Positions 10,767 to 19,504 of a DNA stretch of 37,528 nt are shown piece by piece. Below the pieces are notes generated by a model, which was given only the letters and a program-made list of their open reading frames with translations, did not search any database and was not told where the DNA came from. Position 1 is the stretch's first letter; each line of letters opens with the position of its first letter. The stretch is from a virus (Duplodnaviria; Heunggongvirae; Uroviricota; Caudoviricetes): the IMG/VR virus record IMGVR_UViG_2541047697_000003; one strand, 5' to 3'. A program made the position numbers and the translations under genes.

Positions 10767-10792
10767 TTTTCTTAAACGTTGGTTTGGGAGAA
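10767..10792. other. gix/hix-like recombination site (invertase-proximal)
   Basis: Imperfect 26-bp dyad ttttcttaaacg-TT-GGTTTGGGAGAA; 16 bp (10779-10794) are a perfect inverted copy of 12593-12608. Confidence 0.7.
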
Positions 10793-11119
10793 GGAGCAAA
10801 ACTCAATGCAGCAACGGCTACATTAGGACGCACCGGTTTCATAGCTATACCGGTTATGATTGGTGGTATTGAGCAATCAGTAATCATTCAGTGGGGGTGG
10901 AATGCCGCAAAAGCATCTGCCTCTGGGGGGGATGGAAATACAGTTGTATTCCCGGTTGCGTTTAATAATGCCTGTGTTGCCGTTGTTGCAAATTATGACA
11001 ATGTCAGCGCACCTATCAATGCAGTGGCAACGGGGGGATATACAACCACTTCGTTTTTATTACGGTGCGCAGCTCAAACGGGTAGTTATTACTATAACTG
11101 GATTGCTATTGGGTATTAA
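10781..11119 (+). CDS. alternative tail-fibre C-terminal variable domain (promoterless cassette, fused to H constant region after inversion)
   Basis: Open frame begins at the crossover site with the same GLGEG junction as H and runs 112 codons to a TAA; no sensible independent start. Confidence 0.6.
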   Translation, partial: GLGEGAKLNAATATLGRTGFIAIPVMIGGIEQSVIIQWGWNAAKASASGGDGNTVVFPVAFNNACVAVVANYDNVSAPINAVATGGYTTTSFLLRCAAQTGSYYYNWIAIGY

Positions 11120-11120
11120 G

Positions 11121-11534
11121 ATGAAAATATACTGTTGCTTAAATACCGTTGGTTTTTTTATGGATGGCTGTGGCGTCATTCCGCCAGATTCTAAAGAAAT
11201 AACGGCAGAACACTGGCAGTCATTATTAAAATCTCAAGCTGAAGGAGGCGTGATCGATTTTTCTGTTTTTCCTCCTTCTATTAAAGAGGTTATCCGTACT
11301 CATGATGATGAAGTCGCAGATGCGAACTTTCAAAAGCAGATGCTTATCTCTGATGCAACTGATTTTATCAATAGCAGACAGTGGCAGGGTAAGGCTGCAT
11401 TGGGAAGACTTAAAGAAGATGAGCTGAAACAATATAATTTGTGGCTGGATTATCTGGAAGCACTGGAACTGGTTGATACATCCAGTGCACCAGATATTGA
11501 ATGGCCTACGCCTCCGGCAGTTCAGGCCAGATGA
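11121..11534 (+). CDS. alternative tail fibre assembly protein (Tfa')
   Basis: ATG one base after the cassette stop; C-terminus ...TSSAPDIEWPTPP parallels the C-terminus of the expressed Tfa (...TSTAPDVIWPELP). Confidence 0.65.
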   Translation: MKIYCCLNTVGFFMDGCGVIPPDSKEITAEHWQSLLKSQAEGGVIDFSVFPPSIKEVIRTHDDEVADANFQKQMLISDATDFINSRQWQGKAALGRLKEDELKQYNLWLDYLEALELVDTSSAPDIEWPTPPAVQAR

Positions 11535-12108
11535 CATCCGGCGCGGTGCTGGTATCCGTTGCCGTCACCGCGTCAATGTAATCCAGCACAGCGTTTAGTC
11601 GGGTGGTTTCTGTCTGCGTCAGCTTCCTCCCGGCTTGCAATTTCAGTTGAATCAGACTAATGGAAGCCATTGCAGTATCGATCAGCGACTGGCGCTGTGC
11701 TTCTGCTGCATCTACTGCGGCGCTATGCTGTGCCTCGATATCCGTCACCCATTTCTCACCATCCCATTTATCATATGGCGTTAATAGGGCGATAGTGGTT
11801 GTATTTTCAGGGTAATCACCCGGAGCGGTGATTTCTTTTGATTCTCCTGTTTCGGTGCTATAGACCGTTTCACCGCGATGGTCTGGCACATATTCCCATG
11901 AGTTAAAATCTGCAGAACGGCAGATTGCATAACCAGCCTTATGTGTGCCAGGGGCATCTAAACAGGAACATGCCGGAATACCGACACCTACAGCAAGATA
12001 TTCAGTTGACGTGGAAATATATTCCCGTGTTTCACCATCGTAGTTATAAACGGTAACATCCCCTGCCTTTGTTGCAATAAGCTCACTATTTAATATTGCT
12101 TTATGCAT
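11506..12108 (-). CDS. G: tail fibre assembly protein (gpG/Tfa-like), currently in expressed orientation
   Basis: 200-aa ORF whose start overlaps the H stop; Tfa-type C-terminus. Confidence 0.85.
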   Translation of the reverse strand: MHKAILNSELIATKAGDVTVYNYDGETREYISTSTEYLAVGVGIPACSCLDAPGTHKAGYAICRSADFNSWEYVPDHRGETVYSTETGESKEITAPGDYPENTTTIALLTPYDKWDGEKWVTDIEAQHSAAVDAAEAQRQSLIDTAMASISLIQLKLQAGRKLTQTETTRLNAVLDYIDAVTATDTSTAPDVIWPELPEA

Positions 12109-13655
12109 CAGGCTGCCCTCACGATATAGTTAAATACAATATTACGCGGACGCGTTTCTGAGGCTGCGGCACCTAAACCAGCCACTGATTGTTTATATGT
12201 TTTAAAAGTTCCATAATCCGGGGCTGGTAATCCGGCATCGTTTGTGTTTCCTCTTTTGATAATGTCAGTGCCACTATTTACCCAGCTTTCATCAAAATAG
12301 AAATTAATCGTTGCATCAGTCACAATCGTGGATCTTGACGGTAATCCATGAGCATGATCCTCAGTTGCATACCCCTGAATACTTAAAATAGAGCGACCTG
12401 TATCAATCCCCCGCCCGTCATCCCAGCCACGAATAAACTCACCACGTAAATCAGGCAATTTATTTGTCGGATAAGCCTTTGCCAGTTCCGGGTATTCTTC
12501 AGCAGAAAAAGCGGCACCGTTGCATTTCAGCCAACCTGTTGGCGGAGTGGCTGAAGGCCACGGAACAGGGACACCAACAGGTAATGCAGAGCCTTCTCCC
12601 AAACCAAGGTATGTGAGAAGACCAGCTACATCCTTTCCACTCAAATTGGTAAGCGTATTGTCCAGCGGTTGTTTACCTGACAGCGCATTAAGCATTGTCG
12701 TGGCAAAGTTCGGATCATTCCCCAGCGCCGCTGCCAGTTCGTTCAGCGTATCCAGTGCCGCAGGTGCAGAACCCACCATTGCTGCAATTGCCGATTTCAC
12801 AAAAGCGGTAGTGGCAATCTGTGTATTGTTGACCGACTGCGCCGCCGTGGGAGCTGTTGGCGTTCCAGTGAGTGCCGGACTCGACAGCGGCGCTTTTTGT
12901 GCCAGTGAATTGTTAATGGTGGTACTGAATTTCGGATCATTGTTAATGGCTGCGGCTATTTCTTTCAGCGTGTCCAGCGTGGCTGGCGCACCATTAATAA
13001 GAGCCGTCAGAGCCGCCTGAACAAACGCGGTGGTCGCAATCTGCGTGGTGTTATTCCCTGCTGCTGGCGTTGGCGCTTTGGGTGTCCCGGTAAACGTCGG
13101 ACTTTCTTTGGGTGCATACTGTGAATGCGGGTCCGGTGCGGCAAGATGTTTTGCCATCTGATCATCCGCGTACACCTTCAGCTCCAGTACCTTATCATCC
13201 ACATACTTGCGGGTTGCCAGCACTACGGCAGGGTCGATTTTCAGGGTGATATTGTCCGTGCTGCTGGTAATCAGCACCATGCGCACGGTCTGGGTACGCC
13301 CGCTGCCTTCAGCCAGTTGCGGCTTATAGCTTTCCGGGCAGTTTCCCACGGCAATCAATGCCCCGGACTCATCAAACAGGCCCACTTCACGTATCCACCA
13401 ACCGCCCTCGTTTTCAGGGATCACCTGTTCAGCAATAATCTGGCTGCTATTCTGCGGGTCGATATAAAGCATATTCAGCGCAGCCCGGCGTTTCTCATTT
13501 ACCAGTGCCGTCTGCTTTGCGTCCGGCGTTGGCAATACTCCGCCACCATCGCCCACCGCCATATGGGTAATTTTTAGCGGCACACCGAGCGCGGCGGCGC
13601 TGGCAAGTTTCGCCGCGCCAATATCCGTCAGCAGGGTATAAAATTTTGTGCTCAT
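12108..13655 (-). CDS. H: tail fibre protein gpH-like (constant N-terminal part plus variable C-terminal part)
   Basis: 515-aa ORF; N-terminus MSTKFYTLLTDIGAAKLA typical of P2 H; internal repeats; the gix-like site falls at about codon 350. Confidence 0.9.
   Translation of the reverse strand: MSTKFYTLLTDIGAAKLASAAALGVPLKITHMAVGDGGGVLPTPDAKQTALVNEKRRAALNMLYIDPQNSSQIIAEQVIPENEGGWWIREVGLFDESGALIAVGNCPESYKPQLAEGSGRTQTVRMVLITSSTDNITLKIDPAVVLATRKYVDDKVLELKVYADDQMAKHLAAPDPHSQYAPKESPTFTGTPKAPTPAAGNNTTQIATTAFVQAALTALINGAPATLDTLKEIAAAINNDPKFSTTINNSLAQKAPLSSPALTGTPTAPTAAQSVNNTQIATTAFVKSAIAAMVGSAPAALDTLNELAAALGNDPNFATTMLNALSGKQPLDNTLTNLSGKDVAGLLTYLGLGEGSALPVGVPVPWPSATPPTGWLKCNGAAFSAEEYPELAKAYPTNKLPDLRGEFIRGWDDGRGIDTGRSILSIQGYATEDHAHGLPSRSTIVTDATINFYFDESWVNSGTDIIKRGNTNDAGLPAPDYGTFKTYKQSVAGLGAAASETRPRNIVFNYIVRAA
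12595..12620. other. gix/hix-like recombination site inside the tail-fibre gene H
   Basis: TTCTCCCAAACC-AA-ggtatgtgagaa; a perfect 16-bp inverted repeat of the site at 10779-10794; lies at H codons about 346-354, the GLGEG junction. Confidence 0.7.
12663..13100 (-). repeat. internal imperfect tandem duplication (about 2 x 215 bp) within H
   Basis: Protein repeats TGTPKAPTPAAGNNTTQIATTAFVQAAL...LDTLKEIAAAINNDPKF and TGTPTAPTAAQSVNNTQIATTAFVKSAI...LDTLNELAAALGNDPNF; DNA copies are visibly similar. Confidence 0.5.
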
Positions 13656-14257
13656 GGATTCACTCTCATTGTGTCAATAACATGGACCGCCCCGCCTTCA
13701 TGCGCGGTGCCACCGGAAATAATCGTTTCGTTGATATACGGATAGATCGTGATTTCTTCGCCAAGATAGCTGGCGGCTCCCACCCAATGCGGGCCGCTGG
13801 TCTGCAGATTGATGGACATGCCGATCATGTGGCGGCTACATGGTTTGGCATCGCTTATCAGTCGCTCAAGTTCCAGATAGGTATCTTCAGTGATGCCATG
13901 GTCCTGCACGCCGATATCCAGGCGAAACGTGCCCGGTGTTTCTCCGGTCTGCCACCACTCAATAATGCGGATCAGAAAGCCGAACGGTTCCACTACCCGC
14001 CGCACTGCACTGGTGGTTCCTTTATGCTGATGAATATAAAAAGCATCCTTCACCACCTGACGTTTGACGCTTTCAGTCCAGCCCTCATCCCAGCGATCCA
14101 CAGAGAACGCCCAGGCGAGATAAGGCAGGAAGCTGACCGGACAGGTCGCCGGATTCCACAAGTCACGAAGCGGCACCTGCAGATCAGAAATCCCGCTGCA
14201 GGTTTGCGCCAGTCGGCGCTCCAGTGGTGTTGAACCCGGTGGCAGCAGACTATTCAT
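13652..14257 (-). CDS. I: baseplate assembly protein gpI-like
   Basis: 201-aa ORF in the P2 V-W-J-I-H-G order; ATG overlaps the J stop region. Confidence 0.85.
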   Translation of the reverse strand: MNSLLPPGSTPLERRLAQTCSGISDLQVPLRDLWNPATCPVSFLPYLAWAFSVDRWDEGWTESVKRQVVKDAFYIHQHKGTTSAVRRVVEPFGFLIRIIEWWQTGETPGTFRLDIGVQDHGITEDTYLELERLISDAKPCSRHMIGMSINLQTSGPHWVGAASYLGEEITIYPYINETIISGGTAHEGGAVHVIDTMRVNP

Positions 14258-15158
14258 CCGTTCCTCCGTTGGTTACGCTCCACTGCGTACATGATGCCGC
14301 CTGCGTTTTGTTCAGGACCACATCCGCCAGAGGTGAAGCCAGCTCCACACGCTGCACACCCTCAACATGCAGGGCGGCAAAGATAGCGCTACGGCGAATA
14401 TCCCGACCAAGACGCGTCTGACTGGCGATGTACTTCTGCAGGCTGGCTTTTGCCGCTGCCATTACCGGCTCTGCTTCCGGTCCCGGATAGAGAAAAATGG
14501 TGGCTTCCACGCGATACGGGATGATTTCTGCGCTGCGAACCGTAAGACGGTCAGCCACCGGGCGGACGTTCTCACTGTTCAGAGCTTTTTCCACCACGTC
14601 CAGCAGGTCTTTTTCTGCAGTTCCATCGCCTTCGCGGCTAAGGACAGTCAGCACCACCTCTGCAGGTGCCGGGCTGGTTGCACTGGCATCCGCCACCCGA
14701 CCGTCGGCGCTTCGGGCATGAAATTCATAAGCTGCAGTTGGCCCCGCAACTGAAAGCCCTTCAAAGGCTGCAGGCACACGCAGGCGTAACGCTTCATCAC
14801 TTTCCATCACAGCCGCAACGGGCGGCACAGCGTCATTATCAGCAGGCGTCACCGTCAAGCGTTTCACGTTGTAGTTGGCAGCGATTTGGTCCAGATCGCC
14901 GCCCATCGCGTAAGCCACCATCACCGCCTGCGCGGCTTCGTTAATGCGCTGGCGCAGAAGCAAATCACGGTAAGCGTTCTCCTGCAACAATTTGGTGACG
15001 GGTTCAGATTCCAGTTCCAGCGTGCGGATCACGGCTTCCTGCTCATCTTTCGGATGAAGCGCCACAAATTCTGCCTTGCGTTCGGCAAGCAGCGTCTCAA
15101 AGTCCGGCACATCCACAATCTGCGGTGCAGGCAACTGCGAAAGGTCAATCACTGCCAT
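14250..15158 (-). CDS. J: baseplate assembly protein gpJ-like
   Basis: 302 aa from the ATG at 15158 (MAVIDLSQLPAP...) with AGGAG 9 nt upstream; the track start is a GTG 13 codons further up. Confidence 0.85.
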   Translation of the reverse strand: MAVIDLSQLPAPQIVDVPDFETLLAERKAEFVALHPKDEQEAVIRTLELESEPVTKLLQENAYRDLLLRQRINEAAQAVMVAYAMGGDLDQIAANYNVKRLTVTPADNDAVPPVAAVMESDEALRLRVPAAFEGLSVAGPTAAYEFHARSADGRVADASATSPAPAEVVLTVLSREGDGTAEKDLLDVVEKALNSENVRPVADRLTVRSAEIIPYRVEATIFLYPGPEAEPVMAAAKASLQKYIASQTRLGRDIRRSAIFAALHVEGVQRVELASPLADVVLNKTQAASCTQWSVTNGGTDE

Positions 15159-15504
15159 TCTCTGCTCCTGTTGATACGGAAAGGGACACAGGCACACCGT
15201 TATTACATCGCCCGGTCAGCTCCACCACCATTGAACCGTCAAAATTGCTGTTGATGGTGATGGAATCCAGCGTCAGCCGTGGCTCCCAGCGACTCAGCGC
15301 CACATACACTGCCGACATGACCTGCAGGCGTAACGCCGGATTTTGTGGCTGGTCTATCAGTGCCGACAGCAGGGAACCATATTCACGACGGGCAATACGG
15401 CTACCCTGTGGCGTGATGAGTATGTCTTTAACAGACTGATTGAGGTGCTCAATATCGGTAATGGCCTTGCCCGTTGCGCTGTTCATGCCGTAATACATCG
15501 TCAT
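15145..15504 (-). CDS. W: baseplate wedge protein gpW-like
   Basis: 119-aa ORF with an ATG start overlapping the V stop. Confidence 0.85.
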   Translation of the reverse strand: MTMYYGMNSATGKAITDIEHLNQSVKDILITPQGSRIARREYGSLLSALIDQPQNPALRLQVMSAVYVALSRWEPRLTLDSITINSNFDGSMVVELTGRCNNGVPVSLSVSTGAENGSD

Positions 15505-16079
15505 ACCGGGCCTCCCGATGTGTCGCCGCCAGACTTCACTTTATTGTGCGCGTGGTCATCCACCACGATCTCGTTGGAACTCATCGGGCCGCCGCCCTGA
15601 GTCACACCACCGTTGATCACCACCTCACTGTTAATACGGGTGGTGTCGGCTTCCACGATAAACTCCCCGGTTTTGAAGGTGACGTTATCCACCGCCTCGA
15701 TCACCATGGATTTAATACCCCGAACGTACCAGCGCCCGGTTTCGGGGTCGTACTCAAACCAGCCGCCGTCTGGGTATTCCGTCACGTTGCCGTCCTCAGA
15801 CTTGGACGGCGGCGGAAACTGGTTTGAATAGACGGCAGGCAGGGCAAAGGCGGTTTCCAGATTGCCGCCCAGGCTGAACAGCACAACCTGCTCCCCCACA
15901 GACGGTTTCCACCAGGTGCGCGAGTTGCCCGCGCGCAGCGTCAGCCAGTTAATCCAGTTGGTTTCAAGCTCACCCGTTTTCACCCGGCACAGCCAGTTGT
16001 CCCGGTCCACTTCCGTTACAGTTCCGGTGCGGATTAGGTTGGTGATAAGGCGCATGATTTCTGTGAGTTGTGCGTTCAT
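15501..16079 (-). CDS. V: baseplate spike/assembly protein gpV-like
   Basis: 192-aa ORF with an ATG start; first gene of the V-W-J-I-H-G block. Confidence 0.85.
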   Translation of the reverse strand: MNAQLTEIMRLITNLIRTGTVTEVDRDNWLCRVKTGELETNWINWLTLRAGNSRTWWKPSVGEQVVLFSLGGNLETAFALPAVYSNQFPPPSKSEDGNVTEYPDGGWFEYDPETGRWYVRGIKSMVIEAVDNVTFKTGEFIVEADTTRINSEVVINGGVTQGGGPMSSNEIVVDDHAHNKVKSGGDTSGGPV

Positions 16080-16193
16080 AGCTATAGATTGCCATGAATG
16101 ATGTATCTAAGAACAAGGTGAGCTTAGTCTGGTCCATGACACAATTAAGAATTACTATATAAAAATTGTTAACTACTTGGTTGAGAAACAAAC

Positions 16194-17180
16194 ATGAAAA
16201 ATAAGAACCAGTATCAGGCTTTACTTAGAGGGAAGGTCGAATCGGCGATTGCTCAAGCCAAAAGTGCTGCAGGATTTTCCCACCAGGGTGTTAAGGGAGC
16301 TGTTCTAGAAATATTATTAAGTCAACTATTTCGACCTCTTTTGCCCGCAGATGTTGGCATCGGCACAGGGCAAATCATTGAACAGTATTCAGGAAAGTTA
16401 TCACCTCAAATAGATATTATTATTTACAATAAATCAATACTCCCTCCGATATTAATCGATGGTGCCACAGGGTTATTCCCAATAGAATCAGTTCTATATA
16501 CCATTGAGGTAAAAACCACATTAAGCTCATCGGAACTCAGCTCTGCACACTCAAGTGCAAAAGAACTTAATGAGAAATTCGGTTACTTACCTGGAATAAA
16601 AGATGAATCAGGCAAACTAATCCAACACAAAATAGAAAAACTTCGCTCGGTAATATTTGCTCTAAGTAGCGACTTATCACCAAATGGAATTACTGAAGCC
16701 GAAAGGTATAAAAAAATATACAAAGAAGACTTTCGTTACGTTACAGCAATTTGCGTTGCAGGTCGTGAGTATAGTTATGAAGATCGAGATTGCTGGGTAA
16801 CAATGCGTAATACTCAAGCGTATGATGAAATCCTTGCATTTATTGGAGGCATAACCAATACATACAAAGGTGTTTCAGAAAGTCGTGGGACACCATTGCT
16901 AGGATATTACATTGTTCCAGAGAATGTCGAACTGAGCCTTACAGCTTGTACCACACTCCCGGAATTGCAAGTTAAGTGCACGCAATGCGCTGAAACTAAA
17001 AAAATAATCCCCACCTTTGACAACGATGATGAACTAATACTAAAAAACTACACTCTTTCTGATAACAAGCCTTGTAAATGTGGTGGGGAATTTAAATCAG
17101 AAAAAGGTAATTTCACCATTAAAAATGGTCGACTGAGAGAAATAGAGTACAACGAGCCAGATCGAATTTACAAAGAGTAA
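16194..17180 (+). CDS. AT-rich cargo protein with a PD-(D/E)xK-like motif and a C-terminal Cys4 cluster (function unknown)
   Basis: 328-aa ORF with an ATG start; the only plus-strand gene in the late structural block, in the V-S slot; translation shows ...QIDIIIYNK...YTIEVKTT... and CTQC...CKCGG. Confidence 0.75.
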   Translation: MKNKNQYQALLRGKVESAIAQAKSAAGFSHQGVKGAVLEILLSQLFRPLLPADVGIGTGQIIEQYSGKLSPQIDIIIYNKSILPPILIDGATGLFPIESVLYTIEVKTTLSSSELSSAHSSAKELNEKFGYLPGIKDESGKLIQHKIEKLRSVIFALSSDLSPNGITEAERYKKIYKEDFRYVTAICVAGREYSYEDRDCWVTMRNTQAYDEILAFIGGITNTYKGVSESRGTPLLGYYIVPENVELSLTACTTLPELQVKCTQCAETKKIIPTFDNDDELILKNYTLSDNKPCKCGGEFKSEKGNFTIKNGRLREIEYNEPDRIYKE

Positions 17181-17194
17181 ATATAACGAAGGAA

Positions 17195-17641
17195 TTAAGG
17201 CCTTAGCCATTTATAAACGACAGATGCAATTTCATCTTTGTCAGATGAAGTAAAACCTAGTAACAGCCGCTCCGCATAACGTACCTCTGGCCCCCGGCGG
17301 CTTACACGATCGCGCAGGCCGTAATGGTGAACACGGGCAATACGCTGCACCTTACCTTCAAACTGTACGCTGGCAGAGTCGGCGCTGGCGGCAGTTTTCA
17401 GGTATTTTGTGGTGCGCAGCTTTGCAAACATCTGACGTTTGATGCGCCCCTTTTTACTGCGTGCTGTTACCCGTCGAGGTTCATAACTGCTGCCATCTGG
17501 ATTGCGCTGCATTCTGATATTCTGCTGCTGTGTCCGGCGCAGTTCCTGCGCCAGCTGGCGCATCATGCGGCTTCTTGCGGCTGGTTCCAGATTCGCCAGC
17601 AAAGCACTCAGCCAATCGTCCACCTTCTGCAGTTCAGCCAC
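17195..17641 (-). CDS. S: tail completion protein gpS-like
   Basis: 148-aa ORF with a GTG start overlapping the end of R; position as in P2. Confidence 0.75.
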   Translation of the reverse strand: MAELQKVDDWLSALLANLEPAARSRMMRQLAQELRRTQQQNIRMQRNPDGSSYEPRRVTARSKKGRIKRQMFAKLRTTKYLKTAASADSASVQFEGKVQRIARVHHYGLRDRVSRRGPEVRYAERLLLGFTSSDKDEIASVVYKWLRP

Positions 17642-18065
17642 GTTTCACCGTCCACATTTCTTCAGGTTCATCGGGTTCCGCTACCGCTTCAACACTCGAC
17701 ACACTGCCGTCAGTGCTGACCAGCACACGCTCCGTCAGTTGCAGGTTAAGGCTGATATCACAGACATCGTTGCGCAAAATATCCACCTCAAAGGTGAATA
17801 GTTTTTCCCGTAACGCCGGGTTATTGATGGCATCGGGCTGGTTATCACGCAGCCACAGCAAAACCGGGGCCATCAGCAGATTCTGGTCGCCGCTGAAATC
17901 CTCAATCACCACGTTCAGGGTGTAACGGTACTCCCATGACATGGAGCTGGCCCCCGTAGCAACCAGCGAACCGTTATCCACAAACAAATGCAGTTTGTCC
18001 GGGTTATTGCGGACATAAGGCACCGCTTTATTGAGGGCGTGGCGCAGGGATTGTGGTTTGTTCAC
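17634..18065 (-). CDS. R: tail completion protein gpR-like
   Basis: GTG at 18065 preceded by AGGAG at a 9-nt spacing; gives an N-terminus MNKPQSLRHAL like P2 R; the track start is a TTG 7 codons upstream. Confidence 0.75.
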   Translation of the reverse strand: MNKPQSLRHALNKAVPYVRNNPDKLHLFVDNGSLVATGASSMSWEYRYTLNVVIEDFSGDQNLLMAPVLLWLRDNQPDAINNPALREKLFTFEVDILRNDVCDISLNLQLTERVLVSTDGSVSSVEAVAEPDEPEEMWTVKRG

Positions 18066-18318
18066 TGTTTCGCTCCTGACACGCAATAATCATGTCCACT
18101 TTGTCTGCACAGACCGCCCAGGCGGCCTCCGTTTCATCCAGCAACGCGTTCAGATCACCGTTAGTGCGCGGCGTTGCCTGATCCAGCCGACACGGCGTCA
18201 CCCGCGGACAACCACTGACGGTAAGCTGCACCTCCGGTGAGTGTCGGACGTTCCCGCAGCCGGATAATGTCAGCAGGCAAAGGAGTATCAGCCCAGCGGC
18301 GTAAATCCTCGTTCTCAC
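18028..18318 (-). CDS. lysC: LysC / Rz1-like outer-membrane spanin lipoprotein (overlapping frame)
   Basis: 96-aa ORF in an alternative frame overlapping the 3' part of lysB; lipobox LTLSGC; Pro-rich; GTG start is uncertain. Confidence 0.5.
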   Translation of the reverse strand: MRTRIYAAGLILLCLLTLSGCGNVRHSPEVQLTVSGCPRVTPCRLDQATPRTNGDLNALLDETEAAWAVCADKVDMIIACQERNSEQTTIPAPRPQ

Positions 18319-18589
18319 GTTTCAGTTCCTCGATCCGGTGTTGTCGTTGTCTCAGCAGCGCACTGGTCTGTTCTGCTTCGGCGTAGAGCCGCGCCTGCTC
18401 CCGATTGTTGGTTTCAGCCAGAATGGACAGACTGATCAGCTGACTATTTTTCTTCGTTAGTTCGTGCGCTTTACTTTTCAGCGCCGCGCGCTGCGTTTCG
18501 ATGGTGTGGCTGGCGCTGTTAAGCCACCACGACTGCCAGCCCAGCGCAACGAGTGCCAGCGCCGCCACTACCGCCAGCGCACGTGTCAT
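18161..18589 (-). CDS. lysB: LysB / Rz-like inner-membrane spanin
   Basis: 142-aa ORF with an N-terminal transmembrane segment and a charged coiled-coil; ATG overlaps the K stop. Confidence 0.8.
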   Translation of the reverse strand: MTRALAVVAALALVALGWQSWWLNSASHTIETQRAALKSKAHELTKKNSQLISLSILAETNNREQARLYAEAEQTSALLRQRQHRIEELKRENEDLRRWADTPLPADIIRLRERPTLTGGAAYRQWLSAGDAVSAGSGNAAH

Positions 18590-19101
18590 AGTCCAGCTCC
18601 TTTAAGGCACCAGGCCATCTCCCGCGCACGGCGGTTATCCAGCCCCTGATTAAAAACACCTTTCACATAAACCCAGCGCGGCAACTGTCGGCACGCATCC
18701 GCCCAGCGCCGCTGATTGAGCAATTTCACCAGCGTGGAACTACAGGCATTGCCCGTCCCCACGTTGAAGGCAAACGACACCGTAGCGTCATACACCTTCT
18801 GCGGCGGCTGTTGCTTCACACACCTTTCCAGCGCCCGCTCCACACGTAGCACGTTGGAGAGCAGCCCTTCTGCTGCCTGTCGTTCCGTAATAGTTTTGCC
18901 GGGAATGACGCCCGACGTATTACCAATGCCGTCGGTCCAGACACCCGCGCTGCACTGATACGGCTGCAGACGACAGCCTTCGTAATCGGCAATCAGTTTC
19001 AGCCCCTCCACGGAGGTGTGAAGTTGCTGAAACCCCGGCAGCGTGGCAGCAATAGCCAGCACGGCCCCGACAAGGCAGCGTTTAACGATTGATGGATTCA
19101 T
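18586..19101 (-). CDS. K: endolysin (lysozyme, T4 E-like) with an N-terminal signal-arrest-release-like hydrophobic segment
   Basis: 171 aa; hydrophobic N-terminus CLVGAVLAIAATLPG followed by a catalytic E...D...T pattern (EGLKLIADYEGCRLQPYQCSAGVWTDGIGNT). Confidence 0.85.
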   Translation of the reverse strand: MNPSIVKRCLVGAVLAIAATLPGFQQLHTSVEGLKLIADYEGCRLQPYQCSAGVWTDGIGNTSGVIPGKTITERQAAEGLLSNVLRVERALERCVKQQPPQKVYDATVSFAFNVGTGNACSSTLVKLLNQRRWADACRQLPRWVYVKGVFNQGLDNRRAREMAWCLKGAGL

Positions 19102-19297
19102 AGTCCTCCCGCGAGATCTGCCCGTCGCGCAGAAGCTGGTAGGCTTTGTGTTTGTAGTACCAGTTGATAGCCAGCATCAGCACACCGATCATCAGGCCGC
19201 CCAGCGTTGAGGCATCCTTGATGGACAAATCGCCCAGCCAGGCCAGCACAACGGCGATGCAATACGTGATAAAGGCGCTGATTCGCTCAAGCGTCAT
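19082..19297 (-). CDS. Y: holin (two-TMD, pinholin-like)
   Basis: 71-aa ORF with two hydrophobic segments and a charged C-terminus, directly upstream of the endolysin. Confidence 0.75.
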   Translation of the reverse strand: MTLERISAFITYCIAVVLAWLGDLSIKDASTLGGLMIGVLMLAINWYYKHKAYQLLRDGQISREDYESINR

Positions 19298-19300
19298 AAT

Positions 19301-19504
19301 TCAGTCCCATAGCTGGACGGTCTGCACGGTGGTGGTGGTCGGAATGTCCGGCAGCTCCACCTGCAGCCCGTGAGGTAAAAAGGGGCCAAATTCGGCAAGC
19401 CCCGGATTTGCCTTCAGTACCTGCTCCGTGACACCCTGCGTGCGCCCGTAATGACGCCAGCAAAGCGCGTCCACCGTGTCATACTGATGCGCACGCACTT
19501 TCAT
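19301..19504 (-). CDS. X: tail protein gpX-like
   Basis: 67-aa ORF between L and the holin, matching P2 gpX in position and size. Confidence 0.85.
   Translation of the reverse strand: MKVRAHQYDTVDALCWRHYGRTQGVTEQVLKANPGLAEFGPFLPHGLQVELPDIPTTTTVQTVQLWD

Larger units (their letters stand above)
10767..12620. other. invertible tail-fibre host-range segment (about 1.85 kb), analogous to Mu G / P1 C
   Basis: Bounded by inverted gix-like sites; contains two opposed sets of a variable fibre C-terminus plus a tail fibre assembly gene; invertase gene is adjacent outside the segment. Confidence 0.7.

Noticed and set aside
10739-10780. N-terminal 14 codons (MMPVSRYLCIFLNV) of the plus-strand 126-aa ORF as an independent start for the alternative fibre cassette
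   Set aside because: These codons lie across the gix-like site; the cassette is more plausibly promoterless and expressed only as a fusion to the H constant region after inversion.
12520-13020. 166-aa plus-strand ORF inside tail-fibre gene H
   Set aside because: Antisense to H across its repeat region; the Ala/Ser-rich translation reflects the repeats, not a gene.
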